This document shows positions 35,038 through 43,743 of a stretch of DNA of 46,741 bases, one piece after another. The stretch spans positions 1-46,741 of IMG/VR virus record IMGVR_UViG_3300030397_000530. One strand, given 5' to 3'. The notes below the pieces were generated by a model that ran no database searches, had not been told where the DNA came from, and saw only the letters and a list, made by a program, of their open reading frames with translations. Both the position numbers and the translations under genes were made by a program. This DNA is from a virus. Taxonomy: Duplodnaviria > Caudoviricetes. Each line of letters begins with the position of its first letter. The stretch's first letter is position 1.

Positions 35038-36122
35038 TCATGAAGCTACTAGATTTATTTGCAGGGATCGGCGGTTTTTCATTGGCTGCGCATTGGCTCG
35101 AATGGCAGACCGCCGCCTTTGTGGAATGGGATAAGTACCGCCAAAGAGTATTAAAAAAGAATTTTCCAAACATACCGATACATGGAGACATCAGAGAATT
35201 TGACGGAATGATCTACCAGGGAGCAGTTGACATTATTTCAGGAGGCTTCCCTTGTCAGCCCTTCAGCGCAGCCGGAAAACGGAAAGGAGCAGATGACAAT
35301 CGTTACCTCTGGCCGCAGATGCTTAGAGTTATCCAAGAAGTTAGGCCGGCCTTTGTTGTTGGCGAAAATGTTGCTGGGCTCCTCAGCATGGACAGCGGGA
35401 AAGTATTCGAACAAATTTGCACTTCGCTGGAAGATGAAGCCTATGAGGTCGAATCGTTTGTTATTCCAGCTTGCGCAAAAGGAGCTCCGCACCGTAGGGA
35501 CAGAGTGTGGATTATTGCTCACTCCCTCGACAGTTATGCCGGATTATCCACCCGAACATTACAAGAAGAGAACCAAGGAGAAGGGGTACAACAGGAACAA
35601 CGAATGGGTGAGCCTGGCAGCGCAAGTGAAGCACATGCATTTACTACCCACTCCAACAGCAAACAAAATAACAGCTCACACCAGGAAAGACTTTACCCCG
35701 AATCTGGTAGCGAGGATCCAGAATCTACTGCCGACGCCAACCAACAGGGATTACAGGGCTCCATTTGCGGAGAATTCGGAAGCATTCAAGAAACGAATAG
35801 AGCATACCAGAGGGGTGAATCTGGTCGAACAGTTCCAGCGTCTGAACAATGGAAAGAACACTGGTTTGAAGTTGCAACCCTGCTTTGTAGAATGGATGAT
35901 GGGCTACCCGAAACACTGGACAGTGCTGAAAGAAAGACAATTTACAACGCAGTCGGGCACTTCGGCAGAGAAGAAGTTGAGCAAAAAATTGGAGTTGATT
36001 GCTCAAAAGTTGAAGAATATGTCCAGAGAACAAGTCGCCTTAAAGCTCTTGGAAACGCCATCGTGCCACAGGTAGCCTGTGAGATATTTAAAGCGATTAA
36101 AACCGCAAGCAACTCAGTATGA
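35034..36122 (+). CDS. C5 cytosine DNA methyltransferase, alpha chain
   Basis: LDLFAGIGG, GGFPCQPFS, ENV, HRRDRVW, and motif X LKALGNAIVP; the variable region is low-complexity filler. Confidence 0.92.
   Translation: MIMKLLDLFAGIGGFSLAAHWLEWQTAAFVEWDKYRQRVLKKNFPNIPIHGDIREFDGMIYQGAVDIISGGFPCQPFSAAGKRKGADDNRYLWPQMLRVIQEVRPAFVVGENVAGLLSMDSGKVFEQICTSLEDEAYEVESFVIPACAKGAPHRRDRVWIIAHSLDSYAGLSTRTLQEENQGEGVQQEQRMGEPGSASEAHAFTTHSNSKQNNSSHQERLYPESGSEDPESTADANQQGLQGSICGEFGSIQETNRAYQRGESGRTVPASEQWKEHWFEVATLLCRMDDGLPETLDSAERKTIYNAVGHFGREEVEQKIGVDCSKVEEYVQRTSRLKALGNAIVPQVACEIFKAIKTASNSV
35293..36075 (+). CDS. Nested +1-frame methyltransferase beta chain
   Basis: Frame open 35227-36075 inside the MTase gene; AAGGAG-cag-ATG at 35293; three LL(P/L)TP repeats and LQPCFVEWMMGYP..WT (motif IX-like). 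Confidence 0.7.
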   Translation: MTIVTSGRRCLELSKKLGRPLLLAKMLLGSSAWTAGKYSNKFALRWKMKPMRSNRLLFQLAQKELRTVGTECGLLLTPSTVMPDYPPEHYKKRTKEKGYNRNNEWVSLAAQVKHMHLLPTPTANKITAHTRKDFTPNLVARIQNLLPTPTNRDYRAPFAENSEAFKKRIEHTRGVNLVEQFQRLNNGKNTGLKLQPCFVEWMMGYPKHWTVLKERQFTTQSGTSAEKKLSKKLELIAQKLKNMSREQVALKLLETPSCHR

Positions 36123-36565
36123 GAATACCCACGCTTATATCATTTTTATTATCAGCTTTCATCACCACCGCTGGCTTTGCACAAATCAATGGGTTTTCAT
36201 CGGCTGGCGGTGGTTTTTACTCCAAATCTGATCCGGGTTTGTTCCGGTCGATTGGAGTGATCAAGCAGAGCGGGATCGGGTTGATCTTTTCGGCTGAGTA
36301 CGGATATAGAAAAGAATCTGAATTTGGATCGCTCGGAATGGGAGCGGTTATATCGAGCAGATCAGCATGGTTGTTCTGCATGGATTATTACCCAGCTAAG
36401 GACGCAGACGGCAGTTTGGGAGATATTGGCGGCAATGGCTTGGTGCTGATCGAGATTATTGAGGGTGGCTTTGTTTCCTGGCTTGGATCGCTCCGGGTTG
36501 GATTTAGTACGAAAGGGGCATACATGGAGATTGGGACGGGTATTAAAATAAGATTATCGAATTGA
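36119..36565 (+). CDS. Exported protein, probable small outer-membrane beta-barrel
   Basis: Signal peptide ending AGFA-Q; Gly/aromatic alternating strands. Confidence 0.55.
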   Translation: MRIPTLISFLLSAFITTAGFAQINGFSSAGGGFYSKSDPGLFRSIGVIKQSGIGLIFSAEYGYRKESEFGSLGMGAVISSRSAWLFCMDYYPAKDADGSLGDIGGNGLVLIEIIEGGFVSWLGSLRVGFSTKGAYMEIGTGIKIRLSN

Positions 36566-36579
36566 AAAACAGGTAAATC

Positions 36580-37398
36580 ATGGCGTACGAATCAAAAATA
36601 CAATGGACGGAAACAACATGGAATCCTTGGCACGGCTGCAAAAAAGTCTCTCCTGGTTGCAAATTCTGCTACATGTACCGGGATAAAGAGCGGTATGGGC
36701 AAGACCCCTCCACTGTTTTGCGGAGTAAATCAAGCTTTAATGCCCCGTTAAGATGGGATAAACCGAGATTGATTTTTACTTGCTCGTGGTCGGATTGGTT
36801 TATTGAAGAGGCTGACGAATGGAGGGCAGAAGCTTGGGAGGTTATTAGACAAACACCGCAGCACACCTACCAGATTTTAACCAAAAGGCCGGAACGGATT
36901 ATGGATTGCTTGCCTCCAGATTGGGGTGATGGGTATGATAATGTTTGGATGGGGGTAAGTATAGAAGGGCAGGACCAAGTACATAGAATGGGAGCGCTGG
37001 ACCGCATACCAGCTAAGACGAAATTTTTGTCACTAGAGCCATTGATTGCTCCTGTTGATTTGTATTCATTGATGACGAATTACCCGACATTCGATGACCC
37101 TGGGAATTGCGGCGAACCAGTTCTGTGGGGTATTGATTGGGTTATAATTGGAGGCGAAAGCGGGAATGAGTCTGGAAAATACAGGTATCGACCATGCAGC
37201 CAAAAGTGGATCAAGAACATCATCCTTCAATGCAAAAACAAATATGCTGACATCCCTGTATTTGTAAAGCAACTAGGAGCTTACTTATCAAAAGAACTTT
37301 TTCTAAAAGACCGGCATGGTGGAGATATAAACGAATGGCCGGAGTATTTGCGAGTTCGGGAGATGCCGAAAGTTTATCATGCTAAACTAGAAAACTAA
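36580..37398 (+). CDS. Phage Gp37/Gp68 (DUF5131) family protein
   Basis: SKIQWT..TWNPWHGC.KVSPGC..CY, SWSD.F, QILTKRPER, FLSLEPL, IDWVIIGGESG, FVKQLG. Confidence 0.92.
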   Translation: MAYESKIQWTETTWNPWHGCKKVSPGCKFCYMYRDKERYGQDPSTVLRSKSSFNAPLRWDKPRLIFTCSWSDWFIEEADEWRAEAWEVIRQTPQHTYQILTKRPERIMDCLPPDWGDGYDNVWMGVSIEGQDQVHRMGALDRIPAKTKFLSLEPLIAPVDLYSLMTNYPTFDDPGNCGEPVLWGIDWVIIGGESGNESGKYRYRPCSQKWIKNIILQCKNKYADIPVFVKQLGAYLSKELFLKDRHGGDINEWPEYLRVREMPKVYHAKLEN

Positions 37399-37403
37399 TC
37401 ACC

Positions 37404-37703
37404 ATGACCACATTAGCCCAATTGATAGAAGACAGGGATCAGGATAACATAAAAGCAATCCTGGATAAGCAAGATCAACTGATCGCGGCTATTGCTGGCC
37501 TGACTGATTTAATCACCAGTGAAAAAGAAAGCTTTTTCACGAAGGCACAATTCATGGAAAAAATGCAGATCGGTAAAACAACCCTGAATAAATGGATCGC
37601 TGATCAAAAGCATCCTATTCCCTGTTATCGGAATGGAAACTCTGTTGTGTTCTTGGAATCGGAGGTGATTGATTGGGTTGTGAAAACATGGATTAGGGGT
37701 TAG
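37404..37703 (+). CDS. Excisionase-like winged HTH protein
   Basis: FTKAQFMEKMQIGKTTLNKW......PCYR.G..V.F..SEV..W; upstream of attP and the integrase. Confidence 0.75.
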   Translation: MTTLAQLIEDRDQDNIKAILDKQDQLIAAIAGLTDLITSEKESFFTKAQFMEKMQIGKTTLNKWIADQKHPIPCYRNGNSVVFLESEVIDWVVKTWIRG

Positions 37704-37745
37704 CTGAAAATATTAGTTCTTTGAAATATTGCTTTGTAACAAAAT

Positions 37746-37970
37746 GTGACGTATATTGAGTGCATGGAAATAATCACTGGATACATAGAGCGGATTTTGG
37801 AAAATCCTGAGCTGTACCAAAAACTCCACCGACAGACAAAGAAGCGACTCCAGGAAGGTAGCGCAAAATTAGAGTTGCAAAAAAGAGCAGTTGAGACATG
37901 CTTCCCCGGTTGCAGGGTTTTATTGGTGGTTGAGGATGAAAAAGCGCGGATCGATACAGAAGAGGCATAA
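37746..37970 (+). CDS. Hypothetical protein
   Basis: 74-aa ORF with GTG start. Confidence 0.5.
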   Translation: MTYIECMEIITGYIERILENPELYQKLHRQTKKRLQEGSAKLELQKRAVETCFPGCRVLLVVEDEKARIDTEEA

Positions 37971-37999
37971 ATTACGTAAACACCTTGTTTTTATCCAAA

Positions 38000-38215
38000 A
38001 AGGATACAAAACGGATACACAAAAAATAAAAACCGTTGTAACTAATTGATAAACAGGCAGGTAAAAAAGAGACACTAAGTTATAGTTTAACTTTTTCAGC
38101 GAGTTTTAACGGTTTGGTTTTGGCAACGCAAAGTATTGTTTTGCGTAGGATTAGGAGAGGGGTTTTCCAAAAGTAGCCAGAAGCGAACATAAAAACGGAT
38201 ACATTTTGGATACAC
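38000..38215. other. Putative intact attP
   Basis: Paired GGATACA arm-type repeats at 38002/38013 and 38197/38208. IHF-consensus site on the minus strand at 38039-51. Candidate core AAGTTA-N5-TAACTT at 38077-93. Confidence 0.7.
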
Positions 38216-38251
38216 CTCATTTCCATTTTAAACAACAGGTAAATTTTTAAC

Positions 38252-39451
38252 ATGCGAACATTGCGACACTCTTTTAAGTTCAACCGAAGGAAAAAGCAAC
38301 TTAAATCAGGCCAATCCGCTTCAGTGGAAATTGAAATGCGGTATAGATCTGAGCGGAAATGGAGGAGCATAGGAATATCGCTTGAGTCGCACCAGTGGGA
38401 TGTAAAGAACGAAAGAGTGATCAAGCACGAATTGGAAAGAGAATACAATGTCAGGCTAAACGAGATTCGATTGAAAGCAGATCGATTTTTCATGGACTGC
38501 CAAAATTCCGGCAGTCGGTTTAGTTTGACTGCCTTAATCGATCACTTAGAAGGAAATAAAACTGGATTAACATTAACCGGGTATATGTGGCAGGAATTGG
38601 AGATTATGAATATCTCAGCCGGAACACACCTGGTTTATTCATCTTTGATCCGAAAACTGGAGCAATACAAAGAAGTGCTTTTATCTGATGTGGATTACAC
38701 CTTTACTGCCCAATTGGAAAACTGGCTACTTGCTAGGAAGTCAGGGAGAGAAAGCAAGACGCTCCAACAAAGTACAGTTAGCAAGGACTTGGGCTACCTA
38801 AAGAGCTTTCTGAAAAAAGCAGTGCAGCGCGGATTGTTAGATAAAAACCCTTTTGATATTCACAAGATCAAGCGAGTTAAGAAACATCAGGAAGGATTGA
38901 CTAGAGAGGAATTAACAGCGATTGAGCAGGTTGAGTTAATCAATCAGGTAGAAATGTTCATCCGGGATGCGTTTTTGTTCATGTGTTATTCCAGCTTCCG
39001 TTTCTCCGATGTGCTAGATCTGGAGCATGGAGTAAAGGTAAAGCATCTGAAGATCAAGGCCGGTCAAAGATGGCTGATTAAGGAGAGTAAGAAAACAGGC
39101 GTGTCATACAAAGTGCCGGTTGATGATACTTTTGGCGGAGCGAAATTTCTGATTGATCGATACATTGAGGGCAAGAGTAAAGAGGACTTTATTTTCAAGC
39201 CCTACAATAACCGCAACTTTAACAAAGGGTTGAAGGCTGTCAAAGAAAAAGCTGGAATTGAAAGAAATATTACTGCTCACATTGGCCGACACACTTTCGG
39301 AATGCTGGTTTTAGAAAAGCCAGATGTTAAACTTTCGGATCTGAAAGTCATGATGGGGCATAAGTCCCTGGAGAGTACGCAGAAATATTCCAGGGCCACA
39401 GAAAGGAGTATAGGGGATAAGATGAGGAAAGCGAATAAGAAAATAGGGTAA
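38252..39451 (+). CDS. int: Tyrosine integrase (Bacteroidota type)
   Basis: N-terminal arm-binding domain, SAM-like domain, catalytic R (FRFSD), K (KKTG), HIGRHTF, GH, TQKY. Confidence 0.93.
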   Translation: MRTLRHSFKFNRRKKQLKSGQSASVEIEMRYRSERKWRSIGISLESHQWDVKNERVIKHELEREYNVRLNEIRLKADRFFMDCQNSGSRFSLTALIDHLEGNKTGLTLTGYMWQELEIMNISAGTHLVYSSLIRKLEQYKEVLLSDVDYTFTAQLENWLLARKSGRESKTLQQSTVSKDLGYLKSFLKKAVQRGLLDKNPFDIHKIKRVKKHQEGLTREELTAIEQVELINQVEMFIRDAFLFMCYSSFRFSDVLDLEHGVKVKHLKIKAGQRWLIKESKKTGVSYKVPVDDTFGGAKFLIDRYIEGKSKEDFIFKPYNNRNFNKGLKAVKEKAGIERNITAHIGRHTFGMLVLEKPDVKLSDLKVMMGHKSLESTQKYSRATERSIGDKMRKANKKIG

Positions 39452-39481
39452 TTTTTTAACTGGTCGAGATACTAAAGAACC

Positions 39482-39571
39482 ATGGATAAAGCAATGCTAT
39501 TAATATTGGGCTTCGCTCTTTACGGTCACGCCCGAATGTTTATAGAACTTTTCAACCAAGATCGCAGGTAA
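39482..39571 (+). CDS. Cassette peptide (29 aa, hydrophobic)
   Basis: MDKAMLLILGFALYGHARMFIELFNQDRR, between two GGTCG sites. Confidence 0.45.
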   Translation: MDKAMLLILGFALYGHARMFIELFNQDRR

Positions 39572-39805
39572 AGCGGTCGCTTAAAAGACAGAAACCCAAT
39601 GTAAAACAGAACCGGGGAAAGGAACGGCGTTGGCCGTTGTGAGTTGTACCCGGTGGCCGTCTTGTGTTTCCAAAATGAGGATAACCGACCCATTTAAACC
39701 TTTACAATTGATTTGAACTAGTGAAAAACGGAAGTGGTCCGGCGCAAGCTTAAAAATGGTTACTAAGTAGCGTTTGGCAATATGTCATTTATCTAAACTT
39801 GCATA

Positions 39806-40015
39806 ATGAAAATTTTAAATTCAAAAGTTCCCGGTTTCGTGGGCGAATGTTCGCCAACTTGGATAAATTACAATCAAGTTGACCATAGGATAGACGGCGG
39901 TATAACTGGATTTTTCAAACTGGTTAAAAAGGTTTGGATTTTTAAGGTTAAAACCGGCAAAGAGTTCCACGGGATCATAAAAAACGGAATTGTTGAAACA
40001 ACCGAAGGGCGTTAA
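39806..40015 (+). CDS. Hypothetical protein
   Basis: 69-aa ORF. Confidence 0.5.
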   Translation: MKILNSKVPGFVGECSPTWINYNQVDHRIDGGITGFFKLVKKVWIFKVKTGKEFHGIIKNGIVETTEGR

Positions 40016-40059
40016 ACGCCCCTATTGACTTAAAACAACAACCTTTAAAACTTAAAAGC

Positions 40060-40503
40060 ATGAACCACGCAAAATTTAAAGAAATAAAGAATTTCCTAGC
40101 TGAAAAGGTAGCCCCTTTAAGCTTTGAGGACTTCAATAAATTGGTAATTGAAGACGACAATTTTAAAAAGGCCATGGGGTCAATTTGGAAATCAATAAGG
40201 GATTTCGAGATAAAAGGCAAACGGGCTATTGTTAGGACCGCCGAACGCGAAAACAACGCCAAGTATGTTTATGAAGGTGCCGAACTGGAAATAATAGGCG
40301 TTTATATGATTTGCCCCGCCTTTCCAGACGACGAACATGGCCCCGGAAGCCCGGAACACGTCCAATATAAACTAAGCTTGGTTGGTACCAAGTTTGAAGA
40401 AACACAAGGCAAATATACAGTAATCGCCGACTATGATTTAGAATTTATTAACGGATCACCGAGCGAAGAGATTATAAGCAAACACCACGCCGCGCTTAGT
40501 TAA
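40060..40503 (+). CDS. Hypothetical protein
   Basis: 147-aa ORF with A-rich leader, ending at TAAGCGGTCG. Confidence 0.7.
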   Translation: MNHAKFKEIKNFLAEKVAPLSFEDFNKLVIEDDNFKKAMGSIWKSIRDFEIKGKRAIVRTAERENNAKYVYEGAELEIIGVYMICPAFPDDEHGPGSPEHVQYKLSLVGTKFEETQGKYTVIADYDLEFINGSPSEEIISKHHAALS

Positions 40504-40515
40504 GCGGTCGAAAAA

Positions 40516-41124
40516 TTAAGAGGCTTCATCCGACCTCTTTTTCTTTTCCTTCAATTTTTCCTCATACCAGTGCAAGTGTTTATAGTAGGTAGTAGTTGAG
40601 CCGATCTTTAACATCTCCATGACTTCTTTGACGGTATATTCCCCAGTGTGATGCAAGGCATGTAATTGAACCGCTCTGACCTGGTTGCGCCTGGTAATCC
40701 CTTTTGGCCTCCCGATCACCATGCCTTTCTTCCTGGCTGCTTCCAAGCCTCCCTTTGTCCGCTCCACAATTAACTCTCGTTCAAACTCAGCCAACGCAGC
40801 CAGAATGGTAAATACCAACTTTCCGATTGCGGAGCTGGTGTCAATGCTTTCAGTCAGTGAAATAAATTCGATTTTCTCTTTCTGGAAATAAGTGATTAAT
40901 TCAATCAGGTGTTTTACCGACCTTCCGATCCGGGATAGCTTGACCACTACCACAGTATCACCAGGGCGCAACATCTCCAACATTCGGTTCAATCCGCTTC
41001 GATTAGTCTTTGCTCCACTGGCAATATCTTTGAAAATACGATCGCAGCCATATTTCTCCAACTGCATTTCTTGTCTACCAAAATCCTGTGATTCAGTAGA
41101 GATCCGCATATATCCAAACCTCAT
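40516..41124 (-). CDS. Small serine recombinase (resolvase/invertase)
   Basis: GYMRIST..Q...RQ, D.ASG...R.GL, GDTVVV.KL.RIGR, LAEFERELI.ERT..G...AR..G...GRP, plus C-terminal HTH. Confidence 0.95.
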   Translation of the reverse strand: MRFGYMRISTESQDFGRQEMQLEKYGCDRIFKDIASGAKTNRSGLNRMLEMLRPGDTVVVVKLSRIGRSVKHLIELITYFQKEKIEFISLTESIDTSSAIGKLVFTILAALAEFERELIVERTKGGLEAARKKGMVIGRPKGITRRNQVRAVQLHALHHTGEYTVKEVMEMLKIGSTTTYYKHLHWYEEKLKEKKKRSDEAS

Positions 41125-41143
41125 GTTTTAGTATTTCATAGCG

Positions 41144-41254
41144 TATTAGAAAAAGGTCAAGTTAGCGAATTTTAAGAAATATTAAAGTGTAATGACTTTT
41201 GTGTAATCTGATCCAAAAAGGGTAAAATTGCACCATTACGGATAATTTCGTAAC
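41144..41254. promoter_or_regulatory. res-like site, copy B, overlapping the resolvase and late promoters
   Basis: 41144-41207 repeats copy A; an extra inverted repeat, ATTACG..CGTAAC, lies at 41235-54. The site begins 20 nt upstream of the resolvase ATG. Confidence 0.65.
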
Positions 41255-41258
41255 TTGC
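41228..41258 (+). promoter_or_regulatory. Putative late-operon promoter
   Basis: TTG at 41228 and TAACTTGC at 41251-58 resemble the Bacteroidota -33/-7 consensus. Confidence 0.45.
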
Positions 41259-41266
41259 AACCTCAC

Positions 41267-41309
41267 AAAAAGTCATATCTCTGTCTTCGGGCAGGGTATG
41301 ACTTTTTTT
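41267..41309 (+). terminator. Strong intrinsic terminator in the late-operon leader
   Basis: AAAAAGTCATATCTCTGTC-TTCG-GGCAGGGTATGACTTTTTTT: long stem, cUUCGg loop and U7 tail. Confidence 0.8.
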
Positions 41310-41322
41310 ATTTGGGGGAATT

Positions 41323-41718
41323 ATGATTTTGAAAACACTATCAGGAAACACTAAAAATAATACTGCACAAAGCAGATCGCTATCCTCTGGCGATCAGAAG
41401 TTCTGTAATTCGCGAAGATGGCGAAAGACTTCTGTTGACTATCGCAAAGAGAAGCCGCTTTGCGAAAACTGCCTTAACAAAGACCGCGCTACACCCTCAC
41501 ACGTAACTGATCATATTATTCCCGAATCTCAAGGCGGCTCAAAATTTGATCCAGATAACCACATGGCATTATGTGACAGCAGAGGTGGCTCATCCTGGAA
41601 ATGCCATGATCGAAAAAGAGGCATGGAGAAGAATCAGCCGATTGTTGCGTACAAAGAAAACAAGGACGGTGAATTAATTCCAATAAACAGAGAAGATGTA
41701 TTTAATGTACTCCCATGA
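41323..41718 (+). CDS. HNH endonuclease (terminase-associated, HK97 gp74-like)
   Basis: RRWRK.S......PLCENC......VTDHIIP...GG..FD..N..ALC...CH..K. Confidence 0.88.
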   Translation: MILKTLSGNTKNNTAQSRSLSSGDQKFCNSRRWRKTSVDYRKEKPLCENCLNKDRATPSHVTDHIIPESQGGSKFDPDNHMALCDSRGGSSWKCHDRKRGMEKNQPIVAYKENKDGELIPINREDVFNVLP

Positions 41719-42437
41719 AAATATTACTACTGATAGCAGCATGGCAGCGACATGAAACTGCTCGGATAACCTACCAGCAATTAATGCAGGTAGAAACAGA
41801 ATGGAATAATCTAGGCATTACACTCATTCCGCTTGTAATTTGCAGCAACTCAGAAGATGCTGCTCTGGCTAATTCGTTCGGGTTCATCACCTATTATCAC
41901 AAAAACTCACCACTTGGCGAAAAGATGAATGCAGGGCTGAAAAGAGCCCTAGAATTCAAGTGTGACTACATCATGCAGCTAGGTAGCGATGATCTGTTAG
42001 ATGCAAACCTCATTAATTTCTATTTAGATCCCTTGCTTAGAAAGTCGCCTTTCTTTGGCCTTTCATCTCTGTATTTCTATGATCAACAAGGCGACCGGCT
42101 AAAGGAATTGCAATTAACAAATGTTATTGGGGCAGGACGGTGTATAAGGCGTGACATTTGCGAATTTATGTCTGAGAATTTCGGCCTGTGGTATTACAGG
42201 ACTGAAAAGGGATTAGATAATGACAGCGAGGCCCGCATTTATGACTTCATGGGGTTTGAGCAACATAGAGTGCAATATATCAAAACACCAACTCCGATGA
42301 TCCTGGACATCAAAGATGGTGAAAATCTGCATTCTTTTGATGATTGGGGATCAGCCAATGGAGAGCAGCAGCGAATGATTGAGGGAGGCGAAAAAGCAGG
42401 GGTATTAAGAAGATTTGGAATGAACAAAGGCGAATGA
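41715..42437 (+). CDS. Glycosyltransferase, GT-A fold
   Basis: LIAAWQR, PLGEKMNAGL, YIMQLGSDDL, GAGR and GLD motifs. Confidence 0.72.
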   Translation: MKILLLIAAWQRHETARITYQQLMQVETEWNNLGITLIPLVICSNSEDAALANSFGFITYYHKNSPLGEKMNAGLKRALEFKCDYIMQLGSDDLLDANLINFYLDPLLRKSPFFGLSSLYFYDQQGDRLKELQLTNVIGAGRCIRRDICEFMSENFGLWYYRTEKGLDNDSEARIYDFMGFEQHRVQYIKTPTPMILDIKDGENLHSFDDWGSANGEQQRMIEGGEKAGVLRRFGMNKGE

Positions 42438-43024
42438 TAAAAGTCATCGGAACTGGATCTGGCCGCTGTGGAACAACTAGCCTTGCGGAATTACTGGATA
42501 AACAACCATGTATTGTGTCATGCACACATGAGTTATTCCGGTTTAATATTCCCTATCCTGGTAGCCAGAGCAGTAAAGCGCAGGGAAATGCCTTAGCAAA
42601 AGCAATGATAGAAAACGAAGGATGCGACGTGGCCCTGCAATGGCTCTGGTATGCTTCGATCTTTATCAATGCTGGCTACAAGATTATTTGCCTACAGCGC
42701 AACAAACGGGAAACGATTAAATCATTTGAGCGCAAATTAACTCCATTTGCCTACAATCATTTTAGCGAAAAGGACGGCAACCCCTCGCCCTGGGATCAGT
42801 GCTTTCCAAAGTTCAAAGAAAGGACACTCAAGGTAGGGGTTAACAAATACTACGACATGTTTTATTTCCAGGCTAGATTTCTGGCAAGACAATCTGATCG
42901 GTTCAGGATATTCGATAGCTCAAAGGTTCTGAATAATGCTGAAGCACAAAAAGAAATGCTGAACTGGATTGGTATTGAAGATCCGGTAATTGATACAGGG
43001 ATAAGAAAAAACGCATTGGCATGA
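42434..43024 (+). CDS. Sulfotransferase-like P-loop protein
   Basis: KVIGTGSGRCGTTSL..LL (5'-PSB loop), HE, IICLQR...TIKS (3'-PB). Confidence 0.75.
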   Translation: MIKVIGTGSGRCGTTSLAELLDKQPCIVSCTHELFRFNIPYPGSQSSKAQGNALAKAMIENEGCDVALQWLWYASIFINAGYKIICLQRNKRETIKSFERKLTPFAYNHFSEKDGNPSPWDQCFPKFKERTLKVGVNKYYDMFYFQARFLARQSDRFRIFDSSKVLNNAEAQKEMLNWIGIEDPVIDTGIRKNALA

Positions 43025-43743
43025 ATTACGCATTTGCCATAACCACCTTTTTAAGACCGAACAGCTTTAAAAACTGCCTGGAATCGGTTCGAGAATTCTA
43101 TCCGGATATTCCGATATACGTAGCTGATGATAGCGACGATCAAAGCTATCATGATAATCCGGACTATGAACTGATCTCGCTGCCATTTAATCAGGGAATC
43201 AGCGTAAAGCGAAATGTAATTGCACAACAGGCCAAAGAAGATATACTGATTTATTTCGACGATGATTTTGCATTAGATGATAAAGAAGCTATTGAAAAAC
43301 TGATTACTCCAGTTTGGTTAGATCAGTGCGATTTATGTGCCGGCAGTGTGGCGAATAACGGCGAGAAAGTAAAATACGAAGGTCGATTCTATCAAAATGG
43401 CAATACGTTGGAAGTCCAGGCAGAGGCAACGCATATCAAAACAAACTACCTGGAAACGGACCTGGTGCAAAACTTCTTCGCTGCAAAACGGTCTACATTG
43501 CTCCTCAATGCGTGGGATGACGATTTAAAGATTGGAGAACACATTTTTTTCTTTCATGACGCCTGGAAAACCGGAATGCGTGTCTGGTGGTGCAATGATT
43601 CTGTTATCCCACATGTGCAGGAAGAAAATGCCAGATACATGATGTTTAGAGACACATTCCGAAAATATCAATTAGAAGGCATGAAGAAAAGAGGCATAAG
43701 CGAATTAATAAACCATATTAACGGATCAAATATAAAGCTATGA
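43021..43743 (+). CDS. Glycosyltransferase family 2
   Basis: ITTFLRP...CLES, IYVADDS, GIS.KRN, YFDDDF, NFF, WD..LK.GEH..FF. Confidence 0.88.
   Translation: MNYAFAITTFLRPNSFKNCLESVREFYPDIPIYVADDSDDQSYHDNPDYELISLPFNQGISVKRNVIAQQAKEDILIYFDDDFALDDKEAIEKLITPVWLDQCDLCAGSVANNGEKVKYEGRFYQNGNTLEVQAEATHIKTNYLETDLVQNFFAAKRSTLLLNAWDDDLKIGEHIFFFHDAWKTGMRVWWCNDSVIPHVQEENARYMMFRDTFRKYQLEGMKKRGISELINHINGSNIKL

Larger units (their letters stand above)
39456..40510 (+). repeat. GGTCG-delimited cassette array 2
   Basis: GGTCG at 39462, 39575 and 40506, each a few nt after a TAA. The first site, TTAACTGGTCG, is identical to the first site of array 1. Confidence 0.65.

Noticed and set aside
38080-38493. Minus-strand 137-aa ORF
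   Set aside because: Overlaps the integrase antisense and runs through attP; no recognisable motifs.
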